From: Eledone cirrhosa
Lineage: Eukaryota
Reading direction: 5' to 3'
Assembly: GCA_964016885.1 (NCBI GenBank)
Contig: OZ024741.1
Location: 158,720,001-158,784,000, forward strand
Length of the DNA: 64,000 bases
Positions 12,122 through 24,905 of this stretch are shown piece by piece. Position 1 is the first letter of the stretch; every line of letters starts with the position of its first letter. The notes beneath the pieces are model-generated. The model saw only the letters and a list, made by a program, of their open reading frames with translations, had not been told where the DNA came from and did no database searches. The position numbers and the translations under genes were made by a program.

Positions 12122-15100
12122 GCATTTTATCAAGACTCCAGCACTATCACATTACAAAGTGTACTGACAGTATTTTATCATGACTCTAGTACTATCACAT
12201 TACAAAGTGTACTGAGAGTATTTTATCAAGACTCCAGCACTATCACATTACAAAGTGTACTGAGAGTATTTTATCATGACTCCAGCACTATCACATTACA
12301 AAGTGTACTGAGAGTATTTTATCATGACTCTAGTACTATCACATTACAAAGTGTACTGACAGTATTTTATCAAGACTCCAGCACTATCACATTACAAAGT
12401 GTACTGAGAGTATTTTATCATGACTCCAGCACTATCACATTACAAAGTGTACTGAGAGTATTTTATCATGACTCCAGCACTATCACATTACAAAGTGTAC
12501 TGAGAGTATTTTATCAAGACTCCAGCACTATCACATTACAAAGTGTACTGAGAGTATTTTATCAAGACTCCAGCACTATCACATTACAAAGTGTACTGAG
12601 AGTATTTTATCATGACTCTAGTACTATCACATTGCAAAGTGTACTGAGAGTATTTTATCATGACTCTAGCACTATCACATTGCAAAGTGTACTGAGAGTA
12701 TTTTATCAAGACTCTAGCACTATCACATTACAAAGTGTACTGAGAGTATTTTATCATGACTCTAGTACTATCACATTGCAAAGTGTACTGAGAGTATTTT
12801 ATCATGACTCTAGTACTATCACATTACAAAGTGTACTGAGAGTATTTTATCATGACTCTAGTACTACCACATTACAAAGTGTACTGAGAGTATTTTATCA
12901 TGACTCTAGTACTATCACATTACAAAGTGTACTGAGAGTATTTTATCATGACTCTAGTACTATCACATTACAAAGTGTACTGAGAGTATTTTATCAAGAC
13001 TCCAGCACTATCACATTACAAAGTGTACTGAGAGTATTTTATCATGACTCTAGTACTATCACATTACAAAGTGTACTGACAGTATTTTATCAAGACTCCA
13101 GCACTATCACATTACAAAGTGTACTGAGAGTATTTTATCATGACTCCAGCACTATCACATTACAAAGTGTACTGAGAGTATTTTATCATGACTCCAGCAC
13201 TATCACATTACAAAGTGTACTGAGAGTATTTTATCAAGACTCCAGCACTATCACATTACAAAGTGTACTGAGAGTATTTTATCAAGACTCCAGCACTATC
13301 ACATTACAAAGTGTACTGAGAGTATTTTATCATGACTCTAGTACTATCACATTGCAAAGTGTACTGAGAGTATTTTATCATGACTCTAGCACTATCACAT
13401 TGCAAAGTGTACTGAGAGTATTTTATCATGACTCTAGCACTATCACATTGCAAAGTGTACTGAGAGTATTTTATCAAGACTCTAGTACTATCACATTACA
13501 AAGTGTACTGAGAGTATTTTATCATGACTCTAGTACTATCACATTACAAAGTGTACTGAGAGTATTTTATCATGACTCTAGTACTATCACATTGCAAAGT
13601 GTACTGAGAGTATTTTATCATGACTCTAGTACTATCACATTACAAAGTGTACTGAGAGTATTTTATCATGACTCTAGTACTATCACATTACAAAGTGTAC
13701 TGAGAGTATTTTATCATGACTCTAGTACTATCACATTACAAAGTGTACTGAGAGTATTTTATCAAGACTCTAGTACTATCACATTGCAAAGTGTACTGAG
13801 AGTATTTTATCATGACTCTAGTACTATCACATTGCAAAGTGTACTGAGAGTATTTTATCAAGACTCTAGTACTATCACATTACAAAGTGTACTGAGAGTA
13901 TTTTATCATGACTCTAGTACTATCACATTACAAAGTGTACTGAGAGTATTTTATCATGACTCTAGTACTATCACATTGCAAAGTGTACTGAGAGTATTTT
14001 ATCAAGACTCTAGTACTATCACATTACAAAGTGTACTGAGAGTATTTTATCATGACTCTAGTACTATCACATTGCAAAGTGTACTGAGAGTATTTTATCA
14101 AGACTCTAGTACTATCACATTACAAAGTGTACTGAGAGTATTTTATCATGACTCTAGTACTATCACATTGCAAAGTGTACTGAGAGTACTTTATCAAGAC
14201 TCTAGTACTATCACATTACAAAGTGTACTGAGAGTATTTTATCATGACTCTAGTACTATCACATTGCAAAGTGTACTGAGAGTATTTTATCAAGACTCTA
14301 GTACTATCACATTACAAAGTGTACTGAGAGTATTTTATCATGACTCTAGTACTATCACATTACAAAGTGTATTGAGAGTATTTTATCATGACTCTAGTAC
14401 TATCACATTGCAAAGTGTACTGAGAGTATTTTATCATGACTCTAGTACTATCACATTACAAAGTGTACTGAGAGTATTTTATCAAGACTCTAGTACTATC
14501 ACATTGCAAAGTGTACTGAGAGTATTTTATCAAGACTCTAGTACTATCACATTACAAAGTGTACTGAGAGTATTTTATCAAGACTCTAGTACTATCACAT
14601 TGCAAAGTGTACTGAGAGTATTTTATCATGACTCTAGTACTATCACATTACAAAGTGTACTGAGAGTATTTTATCAAGACTCTAGTACTATCACATTGCA
14701 AAGTGTACTGAGAGTATTTTATCATGACTCTAGTACTATCACATTGCAAAGTGTACTGAGAGTATTTTATCATGACTCTAGTACTATCACATTACAAAGT
14801 GTACTGAGAGTATTTTATCAAGACTCTAGTACTATCACATTGCAAAGTGTACTGAGAGTATTTTATCATGACTCTAGTACTATCACATTACAAAGTGTAC
14901 TGAATGTATTTTATCAAGACTCTAGTACTATCACATTACAAAGTGTACTGAGAGTATTTTATCATGACTCTAGTACTATCACATTACAAAGTGTACTGAG
15001 AGTATTTTATCATGACTCTAGTACTATCACATTACAAAGTGTACTGAGAGTATTTTATCATGACTCTAGTACTATCACATTACAAAGTGTACTGAGAGTA

Positions 15101-15526
15101 TTTTATCAAGACTCTAGTACTATCACATTGCAAAGTGTACTGAGAGTATTTTATCATGACTCTAGTACTATCACATTACAAAGTGTACTGAATGTATTTT
15201 ATCAAGACTCTAGTACTATCACATTACAAAGTGTACTGAGAGTATTTTATCATGACTCTAGTACTATCACATTACAAAGTGTACTGAGAGTATTTTATCA
15301 TGACTCTAGTACTATCACATTACAAAGTGTACTGAGAGTATTTTATCAAGACTCTAGTACTATCACATTGCAAAGTGTACTGAGAGTATTTTATCATGAC
15401 TCTAGTACTATCACATTACAAAGTGTACTGAGAGTATTTTATCAAGACTCCAGCACTATCACATTACAAAGTGTACTGAGAGTATTTTATCATGACTCTA
15501 GTACTATCACATTACAAAGTGTACTG
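12122..15526. repeat. 48-bp tandem satellite, ~71 highly homogeneous copies
   Basis: Unit TTTTATCA(T/A)GACTC(T/C)AG(T/C)ACTATCACATT(A/G)CAAAGTGTACTGAGAGTA. Confidence 0.98.
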
Positions 15527-15585
15527 GCTATAAAATGCTTCTTGTTGTTATTGTTGTATTGTTACTATCTTTTTTTTTATTTCAG

Positions 15586-15723
15586 TTTGGAAGTGGTTTT
15601 GGTTCAAGTTTACTCACAGCAGACATTACAGGAGACAAGAATGATGATCTAATTGTTGGAGCACCATACCAGTATAGCATAAGGAATGAGGGTCGTGTAC
15701 ATGTTTTTATCAGCACTGGTTGG
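15586..15723 (+). CDS. Integrin alpha exon C (FG-GAP, Ca-binding DITGDKNDD)
   Basis: ttttatttcag|FGSGFGSSLLTADITGDKNDDLIVGAPYQYSIRNEGRVHVFISTGW|gtaaga; phase 0 to 0. Confidence 0.96.
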
Positions 15724-16465
15724 GTAAGATAAGATAATCAACATTTTCTAAAGATCTTTATTTGAATCATGATTAATAATCTTCATATCAAGGAATGGTG
15801 TAGTTCTGTTATAGCTGAGTGGTTTCCCAACCACCATCACCACCACCACCACCATCATCATCATCGTCATCGTCATCGTCATTCTACAACTGCTTTCCAT
15901 TCTGGCATGGGTTAGATGAGTTATCACAGTTTGAGACCAAGCAGGTTGGAGTGACCTCATCTTGTATCATCCATTTATGTAACCTTTTGGTGGCTTGTGA
16001 AGTTAAACTGATGGACTGTTGACCATCGGGTCATGAATTCAGTCCATATTTAACCTTCTAAATACAAACCTCTTGCCATGTGTGTGGCCCTTAGCAACTA
16101 CACAAAAATATCTAAGAAAAAAACAACAAAACATATTCATTTATTAAACCTGAAAAGTAGATATACAAACTTGACAAAGATCCTGTTTGTGTGAAACTGA
16201 ATAACTCAGGCTCAATATATATCGATGAACTTCCATTGGCTTTGATGATGAGTGTTCCCCAGACATATGTACCCTTAATATAATTCTCTAGGAGATTCAG
16301 CATGATACTGTGTGTAACAAGATTGTTCCTTTGAATTATAGATACAGTCCAGCTGACATTCTTTTAAACAGTTTCTGTCTACCCAGTGTCACTCACAAAG
16401 CATGGGTTGACATTGAGTGTTCCAGCTGTTTGATCAACAGAACAGCCTACTCCTAAAATTAATGT

Positions 16466-16641
16466 CAGACCTGTCAATTCTCCCCGTCTATCTGATGGGG
16501 AGATCTACACACTTTGGAGTGAGTGAGAGATGTCTTCTCTTGTGAAAATGGGTATAACTTTCATTATGTAAAATCTCCCCGTTTTGGGGCACTTTTTTTC
16601 ATGGTGCTCCCTGTTTGGGTTTTTAGAGGTTGGCAGGTCTC
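16466..16641. mobile_element. Short TIR element (hAT-like MITE) inserted in another repeat
   Basis: AGACCTGtCAA ... TTGgCAGGTCT termini, taatgt duplicated on both sides. Confidence 0.55.
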
Positions 16642-18119
16642 TAATGTGTAAGTGTCTGAGTATTACTTAGATACATGTACCCGTAACGTAATTTTTAAGG
16701 AGATTAAGCATGACACTGTGTGTCATGGCTGGCTGGCTCTTTGAATTACAGGTACAGTCTATCTGATAGACTTCCAAACTGATTTCATTTATCCAATATC
16801 ACTCAAAAAGCATGGGTTGATGCAAGACAATGGGAAATGAGACTTACCCAAGTAAGATTGAAACTGGGACCTAATGATTGGAAAGTAAACCTTTTACCCA
16901 TTTGGCCTAATTGTGTCCACAACTCAGATTAAAGCAACTAGGTAAAATGATTATTGGTTGATGTTGGTGAGGGAGGTGGGTATGAATCATCTCCCTTATA
17001 TCATCTCATGTATAATAGTTGAATTTCATCTTTATTACCACCACCACCATCTAGAGCAGTGAAATATCATACAAAGCATTAGCAAGCAATCCCAGTCTGG
17101 GGCAGTAAAATACAAAAAATAAAAAAAGATAAAAATGCCCTGGCACTTAAAGAGTTAATAATTATGGTTTCTGATTTAGGCACAAGGCCAACAATCATGG
17201 GGGAAGAGAAAGTCGATTAAATCGACTGCTACTTTATTTTATCGATCCCGTCAGGATGAAAAGCAACGCTAACCTCGGCAGAATTTGGACTCAGACTGTA
17301 AAGCGCTGTAACCCTACGTCATAAACCATGGTGCCCAACGCTCTGACGATACTGTCAATCCACAGCCCTCATCATTAATAATCATAATAATTTGTAGTGA
17401 AAAATAATTGTAGTTGACTGATTTGTCATAGTATATGACTGGTACATATGTTACTGGCCTTGTATGGATGTAAGGCAAGTTAACCAACCCTTTCCTTGCC
17501 ATATTTCTCATAAAATACATTATATTTGAATTAATTAATGAAACATTTGAAGGGATTTTCAAAAATTATTAATTATTTCACTGAGGTACCGCTCAGACTG
17601 GAGTGTAGAGTCTGTCTCTCCCCCTTTCTTTTCTTGCTTGATCTTTCTTTCTTTTTCACCTTTTCATTTTTTTCTTCCTTTTCTATTCCCTCTAATGGTG
17701 TTTTGTTTTTATGAGATTCCTGCTCAAGTCTTTGTATATATTGTATTTCAATGTGTTTGTATAATGTAATATGTATATACTTGTATTACAAAACCTATTA
17801 ATATTTAAAATAAATTATCATTTCAACATTACTCTGAACAATTATATAAACTTTACAGCAACCAGAGAAAATAACTAAACAAATTATGTTAGAAGATTTT
17901 AATTTAAATAGGAACCCTTAAAATGGGTGTTATTTTTTACATAGAGCCAGGGGTAGTTTTGGGTGAGTTGGCATCAAAAGGGTTAAAAAACACAGTACAG
18001 TACCAACAGTAACCCTGATTCAATAGTTGAAACACCCTGTAAACTAATTTTACTTGTGCCAGACAACAAATATAAGCAATAATATGTATTTAATTAAAAA
18101 GGAAAGACTTACTTTGAAT

Positions 18120-18470
18120 TCCATATGTCTAACACCCATAGACATACCTACAGAATCAGAAAACAGCACAGCTCCCATGACTTTCAGAAACACTTTTTCA
18201 TGCTCAGAGTTGCTGAAGCATGGAACAAATTACCTGCATCGGTTGTTAGATGTCGGGACACTGGAGACTTCAAAACTTCCATGCTTCCTGAAATTTGGCA
18301 ACACTACACCTGATATTCCCCACTCAATACACATGCATGAGTGTGTGTCTCTGTGTATATCATGACTCATACACTATTCACTTTCCTGACTTTTGTACAT
18401 TATTCTATGTACTATACATGCACCTTTGATGAGTTGTAGTGCACCTGAGCACTGTACACAATAATTTTCA
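18120..18470 (+). mobile_element. CR1/L2-type LINE 3' end
   Basis: HFFMLRVAEAWNKLPASVV..FK C-terminal motif followed by 3' UTR. Confidence 0.75.
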
Positions 18471-18474
18471 TTTA

Positions 18475-18615
18475 GCATAGTTACGTCCCTTTACAGTCTG
18501 AGTTCAAATCCCGCCGAGGTTAACTTTGCCTTTCATCCTTACGGGGTCGATAAAATAAAGTACCAGTAATGTACTGGGTAATTGCTGGCCTTGTGCCTAA
18601 AGTAGAAACAATTAT
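18475..18615 (+). mobile_element. 5'-truncated tRNA-type SINE
   Basis: Nearly identical to 39400-39541 (gagttcaaatcccgccgaggttaactttgcctttcatcc...gtagaaacaatt). Confidence 0.85.
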
Positions 18616-19122
18616 TATTATACTCAAATATAAGCTAATCTGAATATTAGCCAATCCCCTATTTTATGTCTGAGAAATGGGCAAAAATCCAAACCCCATG
18701 TATAAGCAGATCAACAATCAAAAAATTATGTTTAGATGGTGCAGTTTTGGAATTCTATATATATAGTTTTTTTTATTGATACTTAAACTGTTTTAAGAGT
18801 CATTTAGAGTATAGTTTTGTTTCACAAATCCCTTACATGATGATGTCTTTACAAATTTCCACCCGTTTTGAAGGCCACATTCGTTCAAAACAAATTTCTC
18901 CTCTAAAGTGATACCGATGTAATATTCACCTCCAAAGCGAAAATATTTTAGTACCTCATTTACAGAGTATTTGAAGTTGATGAAAATTGGCAAAATATTG
19001 ACCTCGAATATAAGTTGATCCCCATTTTACCCATTTTACCATCGATTTTTTGGTCGTGTAGTTCTTGGCTTATATACAAGTTTATACAATAATTAATGTA
19101 ATAAATTTTAATGCAATTGCAG

Positions 19123-19225
19123 GGCAGCTTTCAAAGATCAGAACTTACTGGTGATAATGTCATTAATGCTCATTTTGGAACAGCACTTGGAAATCTTGGT
19201 GACATCAATAAAGATGGTTTTGAAG
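19123..19225 (+). CDS. Integrin alpha exon D (Ca-binding DINKDGFED)
   Basis: ttgcag|GSFQRSELTGDNVINAHFGTALGNLGDINKDGFE(G)|gtaggc; phase 0 to 1. Confidence 0.95.
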
Positions 19226-19408
19226 GTAGGCCATGGCATTTATCATCATCATCATCATCACCACCACCATTTTACACCTATTTGCTGTTCCGAAACTATA
19301 CAGTTCAGATGACCATGGCTTGCTCATATGTTCCATGTTAGTGTAGTTTCTACAGCAGAATGGCCTTCCTCATCCGAGCCATTGAATATGTGTACACATT
19401 GATACATG

Positions 19409-19462
<54 letters not shown>

Positions 19463-19467
19463 TATAT

Positions 19468-19610
19468 GGTGGCTGCCAACTCGTTTTCGAGTACGGCCAC
19501 TACTTTACATCCATGTAGGATAACCCCTACCGAAGCGCTGAACGAGTGTGACTTTTTAGTCCAGCCAGCGACTTGAAACCTCTGGTACAAACACTACACC
19601 TGTGACAATC
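19468..19610 (-). mobile_element. RTE-type LINE extreme 3' end (C-terminal C2H2 finger + short UTR)
   Basis: Minus frame CSVCTRGFKSLAGLKSHTR then stop and ctcg-aaaa-cgag hairpin. Confidence 0.6.
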
Positions 19611-20271
19611 ATTGACACATAGTGCTAGGCCCATGGTAGGACAATTATTGACACATAGTGCTGGGCCCATGTGAGGACAAGTGCAGAGAGATCTCCAGAT
19701 ATAAAGCAATGCCTGTGCCGTGAAGCTTTTATAGTGAGCAAAGGCACTGCACAAAGCCAGTCCCACTCTCTTAACCAAGATGATATTTACCAAAAAGAAG
19801 AACAAGTCAACATCATTGGATACCATCAGGGTTGCAGGTGTTATATCAGAGTTTTCCTTCTCCTAGAATTCTGCCTTGACTAAGGCTAAAGGGGTCATCT
19901 CTCCCGGTGATTTTGGATGGCCATTGACTCTTAAGAGCTCCTTTGCCCTTTGACAGGTTTTGTTTTTAGTCCTGCAGGATGTCCAAAGTCACATATATAT
20001 ATATGGATGTCCAAAGTCACATATATATATATATACATACATACATGGTAAGCCCCACAGCCCCACACCAGATGGGTGGATGTCATCAGGGAAGATCTCC
20101 AGAAGCCCGGCGTAACCTTGGAGGATGTAAGGGGCTGGCATGGGACCAGCAGCAATGGAGGGCACTGGTGGACCTCGTTGGCTCTACACACGATGATGCC
20201 TCTGGGACCACAGAACTAGGATGACCCCAGTCTCACTGAGCAAGAGCAAGAAGATATATAGATATATATAT

Positions 20272-20309
<38 letters not shown>

Positions 20310-20310
20310 T

Positions 20311-20454
20311 GAGATTCTACTGGACTAGAACTGTTTCATTCTTTAGAAATCATCTCAGGTTCCTGATGATTTCTATATTAAAACTTTTATACTCTGCTAT
20401 GTATTGAGTACCTTACTTACTGTGGTTACCTCCGATTCAACCCGGAATAACTTA

Positions 20455-20455
<1 letters not shown>
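20311..20455. mobile_element. Penelope-derived short repeat with inverted segment; related copies 21185-21301 (+) and 35165-35306 (-)
   Basis: Shared gaaacagttctagtc...gtattgagtaccttacttac..ggttacc sequence, all embedded in (TA)n. Confidence 0.55.
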
Positions 20456-20501
<46 letters not shown>

Positions 20502-21312
20502 ATAATAATATGTATCACAGAAAAAGAAGAGAATCAGTGTTGCGACGAATGGAATTTATTGGACATATTACAATCGTTTCTCTGGCAACCAGCTCGAGGC
20601 ACAATTGATGTGGTGATCATACCTGACTCTGAAAATCGCAAGGTCCTCAGATACATCTTGATTCTACGAAGCAGATTCGTATATGTCCAATAAATTCGTC
20701 GCAACACTGATTCTCTTTTTTTCTGTGCTATACTCTGCTCTATGAGAGCATCAAGTGCTCATACAGCCTACCGCATACGGACACTTTAATTATCCAACAC
20801 CAATTATAATAATAGCATGGGTTAGACAGGTTGTCCTGTTGTGGACAGTGTCCGGTCAGCTGACCTTGTCTTGCTCATACGGAAACTGATTCTGGCTTGA
20901 TTTCTACAGCTGGATGCCCTTCCTAACACCACCCTCATTTATAGTGAGTGCTGGGTGCTTTTTTTCCGTGGCGCCTACACGTCCACTTTACAGTGGAATG
21001 ATAGGGACCCCCATTCCCTATCATCTCATTTCTACAGCTGAGTAAACTAGAGCAATGTGAAATAAAGTGTCTTGCTCAAGGAAACAACACATCACCCGGT
21101 CTGAGAATTGAACTCACAACCTTTCGATTGCAAGCCCAATGCTCTAACCACTAAGCCATGTGCCTCCATATATATATATATATATATCTTCAAATGAAAC
21201 AGTTCTAGTCATGTAGAAGCCATTTCTATATTAAATTTATTGTATACACTCTATTAATGTATTGAGTACCTTACTTACTGTGGTTACCCCCAACTGAACC
21301 CAAATCTCACAT

Positions 21313-21370
<58 letters not shown>

Positions 21371-22031
21371 TATATGTTGTTGAGGGTGAGTAATGAGAAG
21401 ACTGGTTGGAGCAATAATGGTCTTATTTACGTATATATATATACACATACACACTTTCATATATGTTTATGTATATATCATTTACATCATCGTCACTATA
21501 TATATATATATTCATTTGTATTTCATTATAATGGTTACTTTCTGTTTATTTCATTGTCATCACTTCCTTTCTCCCATCTAATCTATCTTCCAGTCTTTCT
21601 TTCTTACTTTCTTTCACCACACCTCCCACCCTCCATCACCACCATATCTCACAAATTCTTTCTTATCTCTACTCTATTGAAGTTGACACTGTTATTTTTC
21701 ATCTTATATTCACGTATGTTATATTTTCTATCTGCCCCACCTAACCCCCATATTAACTTTCTTTTTCTTCATTTATTATCATTTTTCTTCTTCCCAATCT
21801 TCAATATCCTGAGTAGAGTATCACTGAGAGATAGAGAGAAGAAGAGAAATAAGGAATTGCCAATGATGATGGCAATAGAGTCATCGATGAATGTTGTGAA
21901 AAGAAATGGAATAAGATGGTTGTGTCAATGTTAGGATGAAAATAACTGGCTGAGAGAAATAGAGCCAATGATGGATGTTATTAAGGGAAATGGAATGAGA
22001 TGGTTGGACATGTTGTGGAAGGATGAAAGTA

Positions 22032-22200
22032 CCATATTTCCCAGCGCCGAAGTTGCTTCGTCCTCAAGGATGCACCCTAATTTTGACAACCAAAAATTAA
22101 AAAAATAATAATAAACAACCTTCAACCTCCAGGATGTAAAGGTAAATTTTTGAGACTTATTTTAGGAAAAAAATAGCGTCTTCGACGCCGGGAAATATGG
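22032..22200. mobile_element. Tc1/mariner-pogo type MITE, second copy, inside a decayed RTE fragment
   Basis: ta|CCATATTTCCC ... GGGAAATATGG|ta; internal similarity to 10179-10352. Confidence 0.8.
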
Positions 22201-22479
22201 TAACTGCGTGAGACGAGTGAAGGAAATGAATGTGGAAGGAAATAGAGAAGAAGGAAGACCAAAAAAAACATGGCTAAAGATAATGGCGCAGGAAATGAAA
22301 CCCAGGTATTTGGTGAGGGCTGATGCAGAGGATATGTAGAAGTCTGTCATGGGGGCCCCCATGACAAGCTCTTGCTTTAGCTTTTCTTTAGCAAATAAAA
22401 TAGCTTTAAAACCCTTGTTGTAACCCCAATATCATATGATATGCATTTGTTTTTTCTAAAATTCTACCCTCACTAACAG

Positions 22480-22662
22480 ACATAGTGGTTGGGGCACCAT
22501 ATGAAGACGGCTGTGGTGCCATTTACATATATTTTGGAGGCTATTTGAAACTCAGTGAAGACAACAGACAAAAAATTCTTGGAAAGACATTGAATAGTAA
22601 CCTGAAAGGTTTTGGAATTTCTTTTTCCAAACCATTGGATATTGATGGAAATGGATATGATG
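22480..22662 (+). CDS. Integrin alpha exon E (FG-GAP, DIDGNGYDD)
   Basis: aacag|(D)IVVGAPYEDGCGAIYIYFGG...GFGISFSKPLDIDGNGYD|gtaagt; phase 1 to 1. Confidence 0.96.
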
Positions 22663-23399
22663 GTAAGTTGAAGTTTATTGATTTTACTACATAAAAATAT
22701 TGAATTTTTTTAGTGCAACTGGGTTTCTCTTAAGTTATATTTAGTTCAGCACCTTAAAAAAGATGTATGATAAAAAAATTTATTAACCCTTTCCTTACCA
22801 ATGAAAAACACTGCCTGTAATTTTCAAATCATTTTGACAATAATCTATATTATTGAACTGGTGTTTGGAATATAATTTAACAAATGTTCTTACATAAAAT
22901 CCTGATTTTGTGTTTGTTTTTAATAGCTGTTTGGTTTTCCTGGAACATCTATTTAGGGTATGTGAGAAGTTATGGGTCCATACATATATCTTACTTAAAA
23001 AGATACCTTTCCAACAATGATACTAACTGTATTATTGAAGCAAGGATAATGTGATAAATTGATGAAGTCAGTGTTGTTAGCTAACTTTCCTTGTGTGAAC
23101 TTTCCCCATGTACTGTTAAATAATTTGATTCTAGAAGGTGCAACTTAATCAGTTATAAATTGTTTTAAGTTACAAAGTTTCTGTATATTTCAAAACAATA
23201 GTACAAGTAATAAAGAAATACTCTATAGCACATCAGGTCACTAGAATATTTTTAAAAAGATGAAATGATCAAGTTGAAACACCAAAGTCACTGCCACAAA
23301 AATGTACTCACTATTTACAAGTATTGAGTGCTCATTCAGTTAATGTTTGAATATTTTAAGTACTATAGCACTTTAAACACACATTATGATATATACATA

Positions 23400-23910
23400 T
23401 AAGATAGGATGGAAGGCGTTTAGAGAGCTATTCCCACTGTTGACAACAAATGGCTTCTCATTAAGTACAAAAGGACAGCTGTATGATGCCTGTGTGCAAA
23501 GTGTGATGCTGCATGATAGTGAAGCATGGGCAGTGACTGCAGATGAGATGCATAAACTGGGGAGAAATGAAGCAACCGTGCTTTATTGGATGTGTAATGT
23601 AAATGTGAGAGAAAGGATGAATTGAAGGAGAAAGTGAGTTTAAGAGGATTCATAAGTGGTGTGCCAGAGAGAAGACTGCATTGGTATGGGCATGTGATTG
23701 CTGGGTTAAGAAGTGCCAGGAAATCTTAGTAAAAGGAAGCTGCGGTAGAGGTAGACCAAGGAAGACTTGGACAGGGATAGTGAGAGCTGATCTCGAATTT
23801 CTGAGACTCAAAGAGGAGATGATGAAGGAACACTAATGAAGAGATACTGTGCTGAAAAGCACCCAACACATGTGAGCATCGGAAAATGGATGTAAAAATG
23901 ATGATGATGA
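23400..23910 (+). pseudogene. Decayed RTE LINE 3' fragment
   Basis: GWKAFRELFPLL..KGQLYDACV..MLH.SEAW homologous to 33215-33600; (GAT)n tail. Confidence 0.85.
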
Positions 23911-24905
23911 GGATGATAATATGTACCATGTACCATCATCATCATCACCATTTAACTTCAATTTTTCTACACTTGCATGGGTTAGATTGCTTGTCATGTT
24001 ATGAGACAATTCAGCTTAGGTGACCATGTCTTGTTCTTACGGATATGTATTTTGGCTTGGTTTCTATGGCTGGATCCCCTTCCTAACACCAACTACATTA
24101 CAGTGTGAACTGGGTACTTTTTATCATGACACCAGCACAACTACATTACAAGGTAGACTGGGTGCTTTTTCATGTCAATAACATAACCGTCTTACAGTCA
24201 TGATGGACTGGGTACTTTGTTGTAATAGCACCAGAACACCAATGAGGTAGACATTTTTTTCTTTTGTTTATATATATACAAAGACATGGAATAAGGTTGT
24301 GAAAACTGACCGTAAAAAGCTAAACCTCACAACAGAAATAGCTAAAGACTTGCAAGGGATGGCTCTATGCAGTGCTGAGATCCAACATGCAGCATACAAT
24401 GTGACCTGACCTACCCCTATGAAGCTATGCCTCCAGTAGTATTCCCCAACAGTTATCCTCAACATCACTACTTCAATCCCACTGTGCATGCTGTCCCCCA
24501 CTCACCTCATGTGAAATGGTTGGCAGGACCTTTCAGTTATGTCAAGGACAAAACAACTTCCCTGGTGTTTGATGACCTACAAGACAACACACCCAGTACA
24601 AGCTGTTAAATGGGTGGTGATAGGAAGGGCATCCAGCTGTAGAAAACTTTCCACACAAAAGGGTCAGGAGGGCCCTCAGTTGTGACAAAGACATGACAAC
24701 CCCTCCAGTGTTCTCAGTGGAGTGTTTTGACTCTACATAAAGCGAGACACTGATCTCTGGCCTGCCTGGGAGATTAGTGGCTCTGCTTCAATACTGACTT
24801 GGTCTACATAGACCCATCCAACCCTTGCTAGCAGGGAAAGTTAAAATAATGATGATAATGATGATATATAGAAGGGAAAGTTAAAACAATGACGATGATA
24901 TATAT

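Noticed and set aside
12110-15652. 1180-aa ORF as an annotated gene
   Set aside because: GTG start, pure tandem repeat derived from a LINE UTR, intronic and out of frame with the integrin; kept only as a lead.
19538-19590. CTGAACGA...GAAAC...GTA as a hammerhead
   Set aside because: Core has an extra base and the stretch is better explained as the antisense C2H2 finger of an RTE ORF.
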